In this document: in pieces, positions 1 to 14,019 of the stretch | Layout of the letters: every line of letters begins with the position of its first letter | How positions within the stretch are numbered: the first letter of the stretch is position 1 | Source: Octopus vulgaris | Lineage: Eukaryota | Length of the DNA: 64,000 nucleotides | Direction of reading: 5' to 3' | Assembly: GCA_951406725.2 (NCBI GenBank) | Contig: OX597814.1 | Coordinates: 99,510,001-99,574,000 of the forward strand | Made by a program: the position numbers and the translations under genes | The notes under the pieces: model-generated | What the model was told of the DNA's origin: nothing | Database searches by the model: none | What the model saw: only the letters and a program-made list of their open reading frames with translations

Positions 1-639
1 CGGATCTTGGTCGGATTTGAAATCAGAAAATATTTTAAGGCGTTTTCTTCCTCCATTTGCAATTAATTAACATAATAGAAGAACCGACAGCTCCTTTCAT
101 CCTTTCGAGGTCGATAAAAGTTAGTAGTTGAACATTGGGGTGGGTTGATGTAATGGATTTACCCACTCCACGGTTTTGCCGACCCTGTATAAAAATTTGA
201 AAGCAATATATTAGCTTTGAATTAGGGACGGGAAAAAAGGTTCTCGAAGAAACTCTGAAGGGAGCTGGTTAGATTGATCTGGTCTGGAGGACTTCCAGTA
301 CATAGACTATGGTTAATTTCAAGACATCCCTGCACTGACAGAACTGCAAGAGAGTATTGATTGCTCGAGACAAAGTGAGCCGATCGCAGCAAGTTAGATT
401 TAACGAACTCCACCATATCTCCCACCATCATCGTTGTCCAGGACGCTCTGCAAATGTATCAGACTCAGGTCTCGTATGTGAAACATTATCCATGCTATTC
501 GGAGGCTACTCTACTGTGAGTATTGTCACGAGTTAAGCTGAATCGGTTCTCTCCACCAGAAGCGAAAGATCATACGCTCCACTTTGATTATTTGCTTACT
601 GGAACAAGGCACGACAAACACGTGGTAATACCGCAAGGC

Positions 640-2990
640 TATTTGGTCTTTAGTCATTTCGCTTCATCTGAGAAATTCTAACTACCCTTTTCTCGGCCTT
701 TTTTCTTTGCCGGGTGGACTCTAGCACGTTACCTAGACCCTCTATCATGTAACAAGAGCATGTACTTGCTTCACTAAGAGTTAAGTCAAGAGCTACTGAC
801 TTGTTGTGGGTAATATGTTGAAGGCGTTGGCAGTCCCTCTCGTAGCTGAAAAAGCCCGATTCTGGAGGCATGTGTTCGATTACATTGAGAGCAGAAAAGA
901 GGGCTCCGACGAAGTTGAGCTCGTCTAGGATTTTGCTGACTTACCTTGAGCTGCCTCCGCTTGTTATCGCGAAGTATAGTCCGCTTATCCTCAAAATGCT
1001 GCGTACTAGTTTTGACCATAATACCCCTCCAGGTAGTACGGTCTGTGGCCAGTGTTTCAAGTTCAACAGGGGAAATGTTGCAGAGCTTCAGGGATTTCTT
1101 GAGATGATCTTCATATTGCTTCTTTGGACGACAAAAGAAACAATACCCTCTGCTAACTCCACCAAAACGACAATCTTGGGTATACGGTTTTCCCGCATCC
1201 TGATAACATTCCCACCCAGTGCAGTTGACGTTCGAGTATCAATTTCGATCGACTCCGGATCTCCGTATGTGCGATCTTGTCCTTCTAGGTCTCATGAAGA
1301 ATGCACTGGAGACAGAGGATATGAAAAGATTCGAGGAGATTGACATGACGACAATAAAGCATCCAGGTTTCTGAGGTATACAGAAGCTTAGAAACCACAA
1401 CAGCACGATAAACCTCGATTTTCGTGGAGAGATTCAGATCTCGATGAAGGAAGACCCTATCCTTTAGACGTCCAAAAGCGTAGGAGGCAAGGTGGATACG
1501 ATTCTGACCCCATTACTTGAAATGATGCTACACAAATAGGTGAATTTCTCGGTGATCGTCTTGGATCGAAAGAGTCACAGGGGGTGAACCATTTTTAGCA
1601 CGTTGAAGGATCTCTATTTTCTTGGTGTTGACCTGGAGTCCAGCCCGACGATAGGCGATTCACACAACGTCTAGGTTCTGCTGAAGGCTAGCTGGTTCGT
1701 GAGCGAGAGCTTCGCAGTTATCGGCATACTGTAATTCGAAGGGAGTAGTGGACTGAGTCATTGTTCGCGATTTTAGTCTCCTTATGTTGAAGAGACTGCC
1801 ATTGTAGCGATATCGAATTGGAATGCCATCTTCGGGGTTGAGGTCGTAGCGAGATAGTAAGGTCACAGCCACAAGGAACACATTGAAAAAGACAGGGGTC
1901 AGGACACAGCCTTGTTTAACTCCGACTTGAACGTTGAAGTAGTTAGACTGATCACCACCCAATGTCACACGTGCTTGCATGCCGTCATGGAACTGACATA
2001 GCATGGCAAGAAGCTTAGGAGGACATCCATGCCTCTGCAGGACATTCCATAGTAGTGGGCGGCTAATAGTATCAAAAACCTTAGTTACGTCAATAAAGAC
2101 GAACGAGACATCACACTGTTGTTCTTGGGCACTTCTTTAATAGGAGGCGATGACGAAGACCATGTCGATAGTACTGCGGTTAGCTCTAAAACCGTATTGA
2201 GACCCTGTGAGGATTCCTTCAACGAAGTGGCCAAGAAGTCGAATGAGCAGGACGCGTGCCAAGATATTTCCTACAACATTCAGGATTGAAATACTACTGC
2301 TGTTGTTGCAGTCTGAGCAATCTCCCTTCTTCTTCAAGATGGTGATTATGTCTGCGTGTTTCCAGCGTTGAGGGATCAACACACTTTTCGAACAGTAGAG
2401 GATAGTCTGGTGAATACGCTGGACAAGAGCAGGACCACCATATTTATAGATCTCCCCCGACACACCATCTGATCTAGGTGATTTCCTGTGTTTTTTAAGT
2501 AGGAGAGAGCTGTACGAATTTCCATGAGGGGGGGGGCGTAAAGTACCCAGCTCAAGGAGATGGGGGAGCTCATCAGTTAGTGTGGTGTCTGTAGGATTTA
2601 TCTTGTTCAACAAGGAGCTGAAATGTTCTGCCCATCTCTCAGGGATCTGGGTATTTTCCTTGTTGAGAGTGTTGCCGTCTGGAGATCGTATCGGATTGAT
2701 ATGACTGGAGGATCGACCGTACATCGATTTGGTTGCAGTGAAGAACTCGTGGATCTTATTTTCATCCATAAAACGTTGAATTTCTGCAGCTTTGTTCTTC
2801 CAATTCTGGACGTGTGCGTATGACCTGCTCGAGAGGTAGGCATCATCAACCCGGTTTTTACTTCTGAGACGAGGGAGGATCTCATCAGCAGATTCATCAA
2901 ACCAGTCAGGATTACGACGTCTAGTGTGTCCTAGTTGTTCGGTTGCAGGCAGAGTCTTCTTGAAAGTTTTAGTAACTTCTCTGCTGAAGT
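640..2990 (-). mobile_element. Degenerate RTE-clade LINE (RT domain and C-terminus), frameshifted
   Basis: Minus-strand ORFs 2137-2769 (KSPRSDG, KKGDCSDCNN, SQYGFRANRSTIDMVF), 1660-2004 (GVKQGCVLTPVFFN, LQYADN) and 786-1019 (CSQCNRTHASRIGLF, an RTE-type C-terminal motif). Boundaries approximate. Confidence 0.9.
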
Positions 2991-3095
2991 AGGAACAACA
3001 TGTTCTTTGTGCATCTCTTTAACATCTTGGAGATTTTAGGTATAATTATACAAATGTCTCCATCTGTTCTAATTTAATTAAATTCTATGTCTTTG

Positions 3096-3170
3096 TGCAG
3101 CTGAAGATTGCTCTACATTTTAAATTGCATTGTTCAATTAAATGGAGTTGCATAGAACAATCGTACTGCA
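3096..3170 (+). ncRNA. Degenerate type I hammerhead ribozyme motif
   Basis: UGCAG-CUGAAGA-(stem II with long loop)-AGAAC-AAUC-GUA-CUGCA. Helix I UGCAG/CUGCA is perfect; the GAAA box is mutated. Lies ~30 nt from a (TA)n(TG)n tract. Confidence 0.55.
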
Positions 3171-3199
3171 TTACCTCTGGATATCCTTGTTCCTTATTT

Positions 3200-3263
<64 letters not shown>

Positions 3264-4884
3264 GTAGTAAAATTATACATTTGTATATATAAAAGAAAAG
3301 GTATATACATATTTATAGACATGTATACTTCGTTTTCTTGATGTTCATCTACCAACTAGACCTCAGCAGACAAAATGCCTACCGAAATTTGTTCCACCTA
3401 TATACTTTCTTGGTTCCAACTCTATACTTTCTTCGAAAAATATTTTGTCCGCCGCTTTAACGAGTCCATCAGTAATGACTTTCGCATTGCAGTTATTACT
3501 ACTGTTAGAATTACTTTTACATTTCCCCCGACCTCTGTTACAATAAACATCTCATTCCAGCCACTTGTTACACACACCACGCATTTCTTCATCGCTTCAT
3601 TCCATTCCACACCACTCTCTCCTGTCATGTCTGTTGGTATATCTGTCATACGTAATTCAATGCGAAAGAATAACAAGAATGGTCCTTTTAATTGGTCACT
3701 CCTCCCTAAAAAAAAAAGATGAAATAAATACAAATCTACAGCACATCCCTGCCTTGGTAGTAGAGAGGGTGTTCATATCATTGTAACAACAGTCCGTTGA
3801 TGAACGAACTTACTATGCCCATAGGTTAGGGATACTAAATTTGGGTTTAACACTAATAAACAAACAATCCATCCTGTAAACATAACAAATACATTGGAGT
3901 ATATAAATTTCCGTCTAACAATGATTCACGCTGATTTTACGTTTATTATGATGTATTCATTCTTACTAGGAAAAGATGTATTTGAAAATTAAAACAAAAC
4001 AAAAGCAAAATAGGATAGGAACACAAAATATATGTCACCCTTCGCATGAAATGCTTCTGAATTCCACCACCTCTCCTGATAACTACTGCTACCCAAATTC
4101 AAAACCGATACTACAACAACAAAATAATTGTTTATTTAAAACAGCGTACACGTGTATGGTAGATTGACTAATTTTTTAAAATAACACGTTCCATTGCTGC
4201 TGTTCTTGGGGAAAACGGATCTGAAATATCGTTAACATTTTTACACTGTTAAGTTAGAAGTCAAAGGTCTTTAGGCAACATAGAATAGGATAGAATTTTC
4301 ATAGTTTTAGTGAGTGTGCGAGCGTACTTATTTATATTTGATACTGTGGGGAACTTTCTTTGAATGATAAAGATGAATGTTCGAGTCTCAAGCGCAGCCT
4401 TCGACCTTATTCCATTCATTTTCCCCCATTTTTAAGCCGTTATTCTACACGCTATTATATACAGATTTACTCAAGCTTATCATATATGTATGTACGTAAG
4501 TATGTATGTATGTATGTATGTATGTATGTATGTATGTATGTATGTATGTATATATGTATGTATGTATGTATGTATGGACGTACGTACGTGACTAGCTTGT
4601 ACACAGTTTGTGCCTACTAAATTAATGCACAAAGAATTAGCCGTTCTGGGGTTATATTGCCCTGCAGTTAAAATTAACTAGAAACCATAAGGCTTTACTT
4701 TAGACACATGGAAATAATAATCAAGATGTTTATGCTTTTGTCATTCACATTACTGGTTTAGATGAAGAACAATAGGGATTATAATACACTGAAATTATTA
4801 TTTTTAGGAGCTTGCTTCTGGTACAGCCGTATTTGTTATACTCTTCATGTAATTAAATGAACTTAATATTGATTTCAAGCTTTA

Positions 4885-5310
4885 AATTTTGGCACAATGC
4901 CAGCAAGTTTGGTGCATGGGTGAGTCGATTTCCTCGACCCTAGTGGTTGACTGGTATTTATTTTATCGACTCAATAGGATGAACGGCAAAGTCGACTTCC
5001 GCGGAATTTGAACTCAGAACGTAAAGACGTATGAAACGTTGCTAAGCATCTTACGAGGCATGCTATCCCAATTCGCCACCTTAAATGAGGTTTAATGGTT
5101 TCAAATTATGGCACGGGGCCAGCAATTTCGGACGCGGGGGTGAGTTGTTTACTTCGAACCAATGCTCAACTGGTACTTATTTTATCGACCCCAAAAGGAT
5201 GAAAGGCAAATTCGATCTCGGTGGAATTTAAACTCACACCGTAAAGATGGACGATATGCCGCTAAGCAGTTTGCCCGGCGCGTTAACGATTCTGTTAGCT
5301 CGCCGCCTTA
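4885..5310 (-). mobile_element. Two tandem copies of tRNA-derived SINE family A
   Basis: Reverse complement of the GGCGGCGAGC..AGAA head, B-box-like GAGTTCAAATTCC and body GTCGATAAAATAAGTACCAG. Units at ~4885-5082 and ~5105-5310. Confidence 0.85.
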
Positions 5311-5723
5311 AATGGATTCGATATTGAAAGTAGCATCTAATTAGAAAATGCTTCTTTCACACAGATTCATAATGCATACATATAAACACAGACAGACACA
5401 CAAACACGTAAACATATGTGTGTGTGTGTGTGTGTGTGTGAGTGTGTGCGTGTGTGCGTGTGTGTGTGCGTGTGTGTGTGTGTATGTGTGTGTGTTTGTG
5501 TTTATGCAAGGATTTGATTTTTTATAAATACATTCATCCAATTATGTATTAACCAAAACCTATGCAGAATTAATAGAATGAAATTACACACGCAAGCACA
5601 CACACACACACACACACACGCGCGCACGCACACACACACACATACAAGTACATGCACGTCATTGTAGAGTCGGGGTATACAAATGTGGCTCTCCATAAGC
5701 AATAGCAAATTTTTCTTGCCTTC

Positions 5724-5855
<132 letters not shown>

Positions 5856-5860
<5 letters not shown>

Positions 5861-5900
5861 GCTGAAGAGGTCACAGATGTGTGACGAAAGATTTCCGGAC
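5856..5900 (+). ncRNA. Hammerhead-like motif (partial)
   Basis: CUGAAGA-G-GUCACA-gaug-UGUGAC-GAAA with a perfect 6-bp stem II. Stems I and III are poor. Confidence 0.4.
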
Positions 5901-6056
5901 GATGGACATGAGTTAAAATAATAAAATAAGAACAGTAATAAACGAGTGAAGAAAAAATATATACAATGTGTGTTTATTTGTCAAAAAAAAAATACCCATC
6001 TCGAAATACATGTTTCAACACACGATTTCACATTAGGAATCTTGCAAAATGAATTG

Positions 6057-6256
<200 letters not shown>

Positions 6257-6578
6257 GAGTGAGTATATATGTATGTGAGTGAGTAGAAAGTAGAATAAGT
6301 TAAGCGCTTCATTGGAAGTCAACAATAAAAACGGTCCCCGGGTATTGGAGTTTCATCTTTTTTCGTTTTTTTATCTTGAATATCTCCAAAAGAATTCAAA
6401 AAACAAATGCACATACAACCATACATACAATCAGACTTAAAATCACATTTGAATAATTAGCGTAAACACATATGGACATGTATACACACATGAAACACAA
6501 AAATATACACATACAAACTTAAAAACACATACGTATCTATTTATTTATTTTCCCTTCTTTAATTATGTGTGTGTTAGG

Positions 6579-6610
<32 letters not shown>

Positions 6611-7342
6611 ATATATGTATGCATATATCTATGTATATATGATGTATGTATGTATATATATGTGTGCGTGTGGGTGTGTGTACGTATGTATATGAACAAG
6701 ACATATATACTTAAATAACACCATTGTAACGAATTTGTAAGGTATTGAAAGACTCTATACGATCAAATCCCAATGGAACCTGCTTACAGCGGTTAGCGGG
6801 TTCAAAGAAAATTGCCACTAAACAAAAGAAACAGCTTCTACTACCTAAAAACTTAAATAAATTCATACGAGAAAATAATGTATCTATTTTCTTCTTTCTT
6901 TCCACTTGACTGGCAAATTCGTTGATGTTTTACGTTGAGATTTTGGCAGCTAGTTGCCTTGCTGTTTTTGTCAGTTGTATTGGTAATGTATTTTTTCAAG
7001 TTTGTTCATTCGATTTGGTGAATCTATGGAATTTCCGAAATTTCCGAAATTGTCCCTATGCTATTTGATTCATATATGTTTCGAGTTGTACATTTGTGCT
7101 TGTTTGTAAATGAAGCGTACGTGTATTTCCGAATATGGCGAAATGTACAAATAGCCCTACATTAGTATTAATAATTGCATTTATATTTCTACCTTTTGCT
7201 CTCCAAGCCTCAGTGTATGTATGTATTTATGTATGTGTGTATGTATGTGTGTATGCATGCATGTATGTATATATGCATGTATGCATATATACATGCATGT
7301 ATGTACGTATGTGTTTATCTATCTATCTATCTATCTATCTAT

Positions 7343-7407
<65 letters not shown>

Positions 7408-8281
7408 CTTATATATGTATACATGTATATATGCATACAAATATGTCTACAACATGCAGGTATTCTTTAAAACTAGGCATAGTGGAGGGATCTTTCCTAG
7501 ACTCTATCACGCAAAAAATTCGGTGTATGAACAAAATACGTACAATGTGTATGTGCGAGCGATAGTGTTTATATTTCTGGAGTTGTTCTAAATTATAATC
7601 TTATATGTGTGTGCGCTTGTGCGTGTTTGTGTATGTTTGTGTCCGTGCGCGCGTGTGTTGTGATAAAATCAAGAAGAAAATAATTTTGTTCAGAACTGCA
7701 ATGAACTTAGCATTCACGAATTTGATAATCTTACATTAAGCAGTATCATGTAATATTTTTTATAGTGGTAGATTTTGATGAATGGATGATCTGATGATGG
7801 CAAAGAAAGCAAGCAAATTATCAGAGCTAAGGAAATATGCGCTAAAGTATATAGCCTGTCCAAGACTATGGTGAAATTAAAAATTATAAAGATACGAACG
7901 CTAGATTGGCTTATCGATAAAGTTTGTTTAAAAAAATATCATTGATAATTTTTGAACCCGCTCTATGGATTTGCCAATATAAAGCATTAGTGGATTAAAA
8001 ATAATAATAAATAAATAAAACGGGTTCATACATCACCTATGATTCTGCGAGATGTGGTTGCTATGTGTCAGGATAATAAATGCTAGAAAACAGTATCTTG
8101 TAGGAAAGCATTTGTTTTTTGATGAAATAGCGCTGTTGCCCCACGAGCTTGGTGTCGGAAAGAAGCCCACGATACTTTAAGGTGCATGTTGCTGAATCAA
8201 ACAGTTTCAAATAAAAAATGATGATGCTATATACACACATTTGTATACATATATGTTTTTATAAGCATAAATATATACCTA

Positions 8282-8329
<48 letters not shown>

Positions 8330-8335
<6 letters not shown>

Positions 8336-8516
8336 CCAAACATGAAAACACAAAGAGAAAACACAACAACGCGAGGACGTGAAACAAGTATAGTGTTATT
8401 GGATGCTCAGGAAAGGAAAGAAAGCAGGATTTAACGTTTCGAGCGGAGCTCTTCGTCAGAAACTTAGGAAAAGGAAAGATCCAAGGAAGGAAAGACGGAG
8501 GGAAAAATCGCCATCG

Positions 8517-8520
<4 letters not shown>
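8330..8520 (-). mobile_element. Short microsatellite-flanked repeat with a minimal hammerhead motif (Penelope terminal-repeat-like)
   Basis: Minus strand 8429-8463 reads GUUU-CUGACGA-A-GAGC-UCC-GCUC-GAAAC-GUU-AAAU. Flanked by (TA)n and (CA)n. Related copies near 11000, 16550 and 17450. Confidence 0.65.
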
Positions 8521-8556
<36 letters not shown>

Positions 8557-8773
8557 ACACACACATACACACACACATATATATATATGGACATACATAA
8601 TCATGCACACATACAAATATATATTCTTTCATATGTATAGTTATATCTAGAGTGGAAGATACATAGACTCACTCTTACGCACATATACAGACTTACACAC
8701 ACAAATATATATACACCAATCTACATATATTTATAAATATATGTGTGTGTGAGTGTTCGTGCGTGTGCATATT

Positions 8774-8830
<57 letters not shown>

Positions 8831-9282
8831 TATATACATACATATAAATACTAGCCTACGTACATTCATTCACAATATCTATACATGTACACAGTTCTAT
8901 ACATGTACGATTTTACAAATGTCTGCCGGTCTTTGGGTAAGTTTCTCTGTACAATGAAGAGTTTTGTCGATAATTTCTTTTAAAGTGGATGTTGAGAAAT
9001 AAATATCTCATTTTTGTCTAGACAGGTCTAGTTTATCTAATATCCATCATTCTTTGTTTCTGTTTTAAGTTCTGTGTATGGATGAGAAGAGGGCGGGACA
9101 GCGAAAGGAAAAAAGAAAACGAGAAAAATCGCGTAGAAACGACGCTGTATGAGCGAGTGTGTGCCTTTGTTTAGTTGCAGTTATTTTGTCCATATATGCT
9201 TGCGTGTGTGCGGGTATACTCGTGTGTGTGTGTGTGCTTGTGTGTGTGTGTATGTGTGTGTATGTGTGTGTATTTGCTTGTG

Positions 9283-9313
<31 letters not shown>

Positions 9314-10095
9314 TAATGTGATGTATCTCTATGTGCATTTGTGTTTCAATGAGACAGAAATAAAAGTGCGTCTGAGAAATGATGAGTTCGATAGACGGAT
9401 GAAATGTGAGTTAGCATGTGATTATATGTGTATCTCTGAGCGAATGTATGCATGCATATGTGTGTGTGTGTGTTTTTGTGCACTGCGTAAGGGAGTGAGA
9501 GTGTGAGAGAGAGAGAGAGAACAAGAAAGAGTAACAAAGAGAGGGAGAGAAAGGTTTGCAGGGAAAAAAATCATGACATAGTGAAAAGAAATTGATCACG
9601 AGAGAGAGAAATCGCAGTTGTGTGAGTATGAGAGAAAATGGGAAAAGAAGGACGATACTGCGTATGACTGTCTTTCATTACAAGGAAGATGAAAAAGGAA
9701 GATAGTTAAGGGAAGCGACTGTATATCTTTGCCTACGTTCCCCGCCCCGCTCTCATTTCGCTTCTACTTCAATCAATCGTTCTATCAGAAGTCTCGATCT
9801 CCTATCCGGTGGGTTACCCTAACCGCTTTCTGAAATTGTCGTGTGCTCATACCTCTGCATAATTTTATGAGCACTTGTCAGAATGATGGAACGTATGATC
9901 GCTTTGACATGAAAACCCATATTGAAAGACGCAGACATTCCAAAATATATTTCAGACGTAAACCAATATATTAATTCGACTATGTATATTATGTGTCCAT
10001 GGATAATGCACACACTTATACACATATACGCATGCAGGCACGTAACCACGCATTCAAAGCTGCATATAGACAACACACACACATGTACATATATG

Positions 10096-10145
<50 letters not shown>

Positions 10146-10211
10146 CATATGCATATATATACACCAAACCACTGCACACATATGTACATACATATACACA
10201 CATATATATAA

Positions 10212-10246
<35 letters not shown>

Positions 10247-10249
10247 CAT

Positions 10250-10830
10250 ACATACACCACACCACTCCACACACACTAGCACTGACCACTTCGCAGCACC
10301 CACACCACACCATCATCCACACACCCACAAACCATAGTCCACACACCCACACACTATCTTCAATAGCGTCACCACACATATTACTATATGAGCTGCCACA
10401 CACACACTGCTTAACTCAGTACACACACCACTCACCATCATGCACACTCCCACAACCACACTAGCACATAATAGCTGAACACAGACAATATATAGATATA
10501 CACGCAACACGCATTAACATACGCAGCATAGACAAAGATAAATTTCGACCACATACACCATACACATGCACACTGTTTGGTGACAGACACATAGACACAC
10601 ACAATGTGCACACACCACGTAGAAATGTACACAAAAAACATACACCCACACGTTACACACGCACACACGTTACACATGCACACACATAACACATGCACAC
10701 ACGTTACACATGCACACACGTTAAACATGCACACACTCTCACACGCCAGAGTCACTCGCCCCTATTCACACATACACACTTAAACACTCGCACACATCAT
10801 TCTCGCATACACACAAACGCACACGCATCT
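10250..10830. repeat. Degenerate CA-rich low-complexity tract
   Basis: Interrupted (CA)n and CACAT repeats. Confidence 0.85.
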
Positions 10831-10929
10831 TCTCTTGTTAGGATCACTAGCACTATTATTATCTCCCTTTCATTCAACATCTTTGTTATTCTAATCTCCC
10901 TTTCTTTCAACCTCTTTTTTCCCAATAAT

Positions 10930-11121
10930 TCGCCATCCTGGACCACTGAACTCCACATTTTTTTTCATTCTCTCTCACTTTATTTCCTCTTATTCCTTTC
11001 TGTTGAAGAAAATAGGCTCGAAACGTGAAGGACTTTTTCAATTTTCCTGAGCGTCAAACTAATACACTTGCTTGCTTGTTCTTACATCTGTCTTCGTCTT
11101 TCGCTTTTCTGCAAATTTCAA

Positions 11122-11125
<4 letters not shown>
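10930..11125 (+). mobile_element. Copy of the short HHR-like repeat family
   Basis: TTCCTTTCTGTTGAAGA..TAGGCTCGAAACGTGAAGGA followed by CTAATAC..TGTCTTCGTCTTT, ending at (TA)n. Homologous to 16510-16680 and 17400-17580. Confidence 0.65.
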
Positions 11126-11194
<69 letters not shown>

Positions 11195-11309
11195 TATGCA
11201 TATATATACACATACATACATACTTACATATGAATAGAAATGTAGAAAAACAAGGACAGAAAGACGGAAGAGAAAATGAAGTCGACATACTTAGCTTTTT
11301 TTCTTATTT

Positions 11310-11528
11310 TTTTTAATGCCAACAAGGGGCTAAACATAGAGGGGACAAAGACAGACAAAGGGATTAAGTCGATTAGATCTACCCCAGTGCGTAACTGGTA
11401 CTTATTTAATCGACCCTGAAAGGATTAAAGGCAAAGTCGACCTCGGCAGAATTTGGACTCAGAACGTAACAGCATACGAAATACCGCTAAGTATTTCGTC
11501 CAGCGCGTTAACGTTTCTGCCAGCTCAC
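11310..11528 (-). mobile_element. SINE family A
   Basis: Near full-length reverse copy ending ...ACGTTTCTGCCAGCTC. Confidence 0.9.
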
Positions 11529-11699
11529 TGACATTTATCAACATATTTCTTTTACTTTTATTTCTTTCGTGCGTTTGAGCCACGCAGCAGCGGCCATGAT
11601 TTTGCACCTTCTCCACGGATTATTCAGCTGATATCTTCAGCATGGTGGGATTTCATTTCATCATACTTGCATGTACTTTACTCTGTTTATTGGCTCATT

Positions 11700-12410
11700 T
11701 ATTGTAGGGGTTAGTTTCAAAATGCTGGTCTGGTAGAGCCTTTAGATGTGGGTTGACGGTATATTTCGTTTAAAGCAATGTCAAAATTATTTACTAGAAC
11801 CTTCTAGAATATTCCATGTGTAGATTATTACATATTTCTCGCGTCTTCCTTCCTGTGAGTAAAAGCGTAGCTTTTCATCATCTTCCTGTAATTATCTGCT
11901 ACATTGTTGCAATCATTTTAGTGTAATAACATTGGATCGCTCTGAGCTCTGCTGTTAATGTAGCACTATATGGTGACAACAACTGGGAGCAATTGTCCAG
12001 GCGGTTGCCCATAATTGTTTTCCACAGGGTCGACATGACTTCTTGGTCTCTTGCCCTAAAGGAATTTAGTGTTCATCCTATCACTTGTCTGCACTTTGTT
12101 GTCATCTTGGTAATGTGCATATGAAATGATGCATCATTATATTGTGATTCTCTGTCTCTTAATATCTGTAATTCTGTAATTGCAATGCCTTCGGGTCCTA
12201 AATATTCAGACCTTGGTGCATTTGTGGGTTGATAGCGCAGTGATTGGAATTTTCCAGCATTAAACCGAATGGGACGTAAATGCAATAAACCCACTTGTTT
12301 ATTGTATTTACGTCCCACGGTAAGATTGTGAAATCGTTAGGATTCTTTATTGTCTGTGATAATTTTCTATCAGAAGCTATGCTGATGATACTAAATTATT
12401 ACAGGCAATA
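11700..12410 (-). mobile_element. Degenerate CR1-like LINE 3' fragment with a short 5' inversion
   Basis: Minus-strand translation FNAGKFQSLRY..NDASFHMHITKMTTKCRQ..LDNCSQL..RREKY. The plus strand at ~12376-12410 encodes an inverted SYADDTKLLQAI. Confidence 0.75.
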
Positions 12411-12724
12411 GGTTGTTTGAGTATTGAAACCATGGTACGTAGGTAATCATTTTTTATTTTGTATATTTTCATTTGTTTTGATCACTTTTACATTTTGGTG
12501 TTTTGCTGAGATTTTTCTTAAGAACACACTCTTCGTGGTAATGGCGATTTGAAGTCTATGTTTAGCATATTAAGTATCAACTTTAGTGGTCATTCCTCTT
12601 AATTTTGTATGTAACATACTTTTTAATCTTCGGATTTTAAAAAATATGCTAAGCCACTGGTTTTAATTGATTAATATCAATTTCTACCCTTATTATTTAA
12701 TTTTACATACATATGTATATATAT

Positions 12725-13190
12725 GTACGACGTGAAGGCAAAAATTACACGCACTTTCACCATAACATATCTTTATTATTGCTACAATGCCTTCTGCGCA
12801 TGCGTGCTTATAGTTGGTATTATTGTGGTCACATAATCGAAATTTGAGCCTGATCACGTTATTTTTCATTCTGGCTTTACAGTGTAAGCATGACCACTCC
12901 ACTATCAATGTGCACCAAAGAAGAGCAACGAGCAGTGTTTCGATTTCTGTGGAAAAGGGTTGTACGATCAACAGTTCAAGATACAGCAATTCGCACCAAA
13001 CGCGGAACCCTATTGTCGAAGAAACTTTTGTTGTTGCATGACGATGCACACCCACACACGGCTGCCCATACCGTTGAAACCATTAACCAATTGGGTCTTG
13101 AGGTGCTAGAACACCCTGCTTACAGCCCAGATCTCGTCCCTTGTGACTATCGTATCTCTGGATCGCTCAAAGATGGTTTACGAGGTATTA
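12725..13190 (+). mobile_element. Internally deleted mariner (Tc1/mariner) transposase remnant
   Basis: ORF 12890-13225 contains LLLHDDAHPH (HDNARPH motif) and EHPAYSPDLVPCDY (YSPDLAPxD motif). Confidence 0.9.
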
Positions 13191-13600
13191 GACAGTTTAA
13201 GCATATATTCATTAAATTTGGCTGAAATTGATCGATGGGCGTTTAGCCCAATCGGATGCGCAAGGATTCGTGTAAGCATTGATTTGTTGGTTCGATTCTG
13301 GCTATGAATAGCTTATAATTTTCTGTAATTTGTTTGTATTTAAAAATTGTCGCTATGATATATCATAATACAGTTATTATTATACTATGATTCATCTATG
13401 ATTCAGCCTTTCTGGTTTGTATACAAACATTAGACAGTATAAGTATATATTCATTAAAATTTGGCTGAAATTATTGGATGAGCATTTATCCCAATCGGAT
13501 GTGCAAGGAGCCGCGTAAGCGTTGATTTTTGGGTTTGATTTTAGCTGGATTAGCTCATCATTTTTCGGTCATTTGTTTGTATTTAAAAAAATTGTCACTT
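13187..13600 (+). repeat. Diverged tandem duplication, unit ~243 bp
   Basis: ATTAGACAGT..CATTAAA(A)TTTGGCTGAAATT..CCCAATCGGATG repeats at ~13187 and ~13429. A related segment occurs at ~15465-15560. Confidence 0.8.
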
Positions 13601-14019
13601 CAAATCGGAGAATCAATAATATCAATATGCCAACTTTTTATTTTTGTAAGTACATACCTGTGGTGTGTGTCACACTTACTTCAAAGGAAGAAGTGAGTGG
13701 TAGAGCAGGAGAGAGGACAGAGAGGAAGTTAGAGAGAAAGATGGAGAGTGAGAGAGAAAGACAGAGAGAGTGAGAGAGACAGTGAGAGGCGTTCGTTTTG
13801 TGCTTTTAAATGTTTATCAGTATTTTCAGAATAGACTGAGACATACATCGCAAGAAAAGTAGATACATAGATCCAAAGAAAAGTTGATGCACACATTGTT
13901 AAATTAAAGGCAGGAGAGAGAAGGGACACAGAGGAAACGAGAGAGAAAGTGAGAGACACAGTAGATACATAGATCAAAAGAAAAATTTCACTTTTCATTA
14001 TCCCACTAGGATAAAATTG

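Noticed and set aside
3422-3733. Minus-strand ORF after a polypyrimidine-AG acceptor-like site at ~3706; KYIG motif in another frame
   Set aside because: No recognisable protein or clear donor site, and the resemblance to GIY-YIG is too weak to call.
9080-9760. GC boxes (GGGCGGG, CCCCGCCCC) as a promoter
   Set aside because: Isolated short motifs with no linked exon or CpG-rich context.
12381-12390. CTGATGA as a hammerhead or C/D box
   Set aside because: It is the ADD codons of an RT YADD motif; there is no downstream GAAA or helices.
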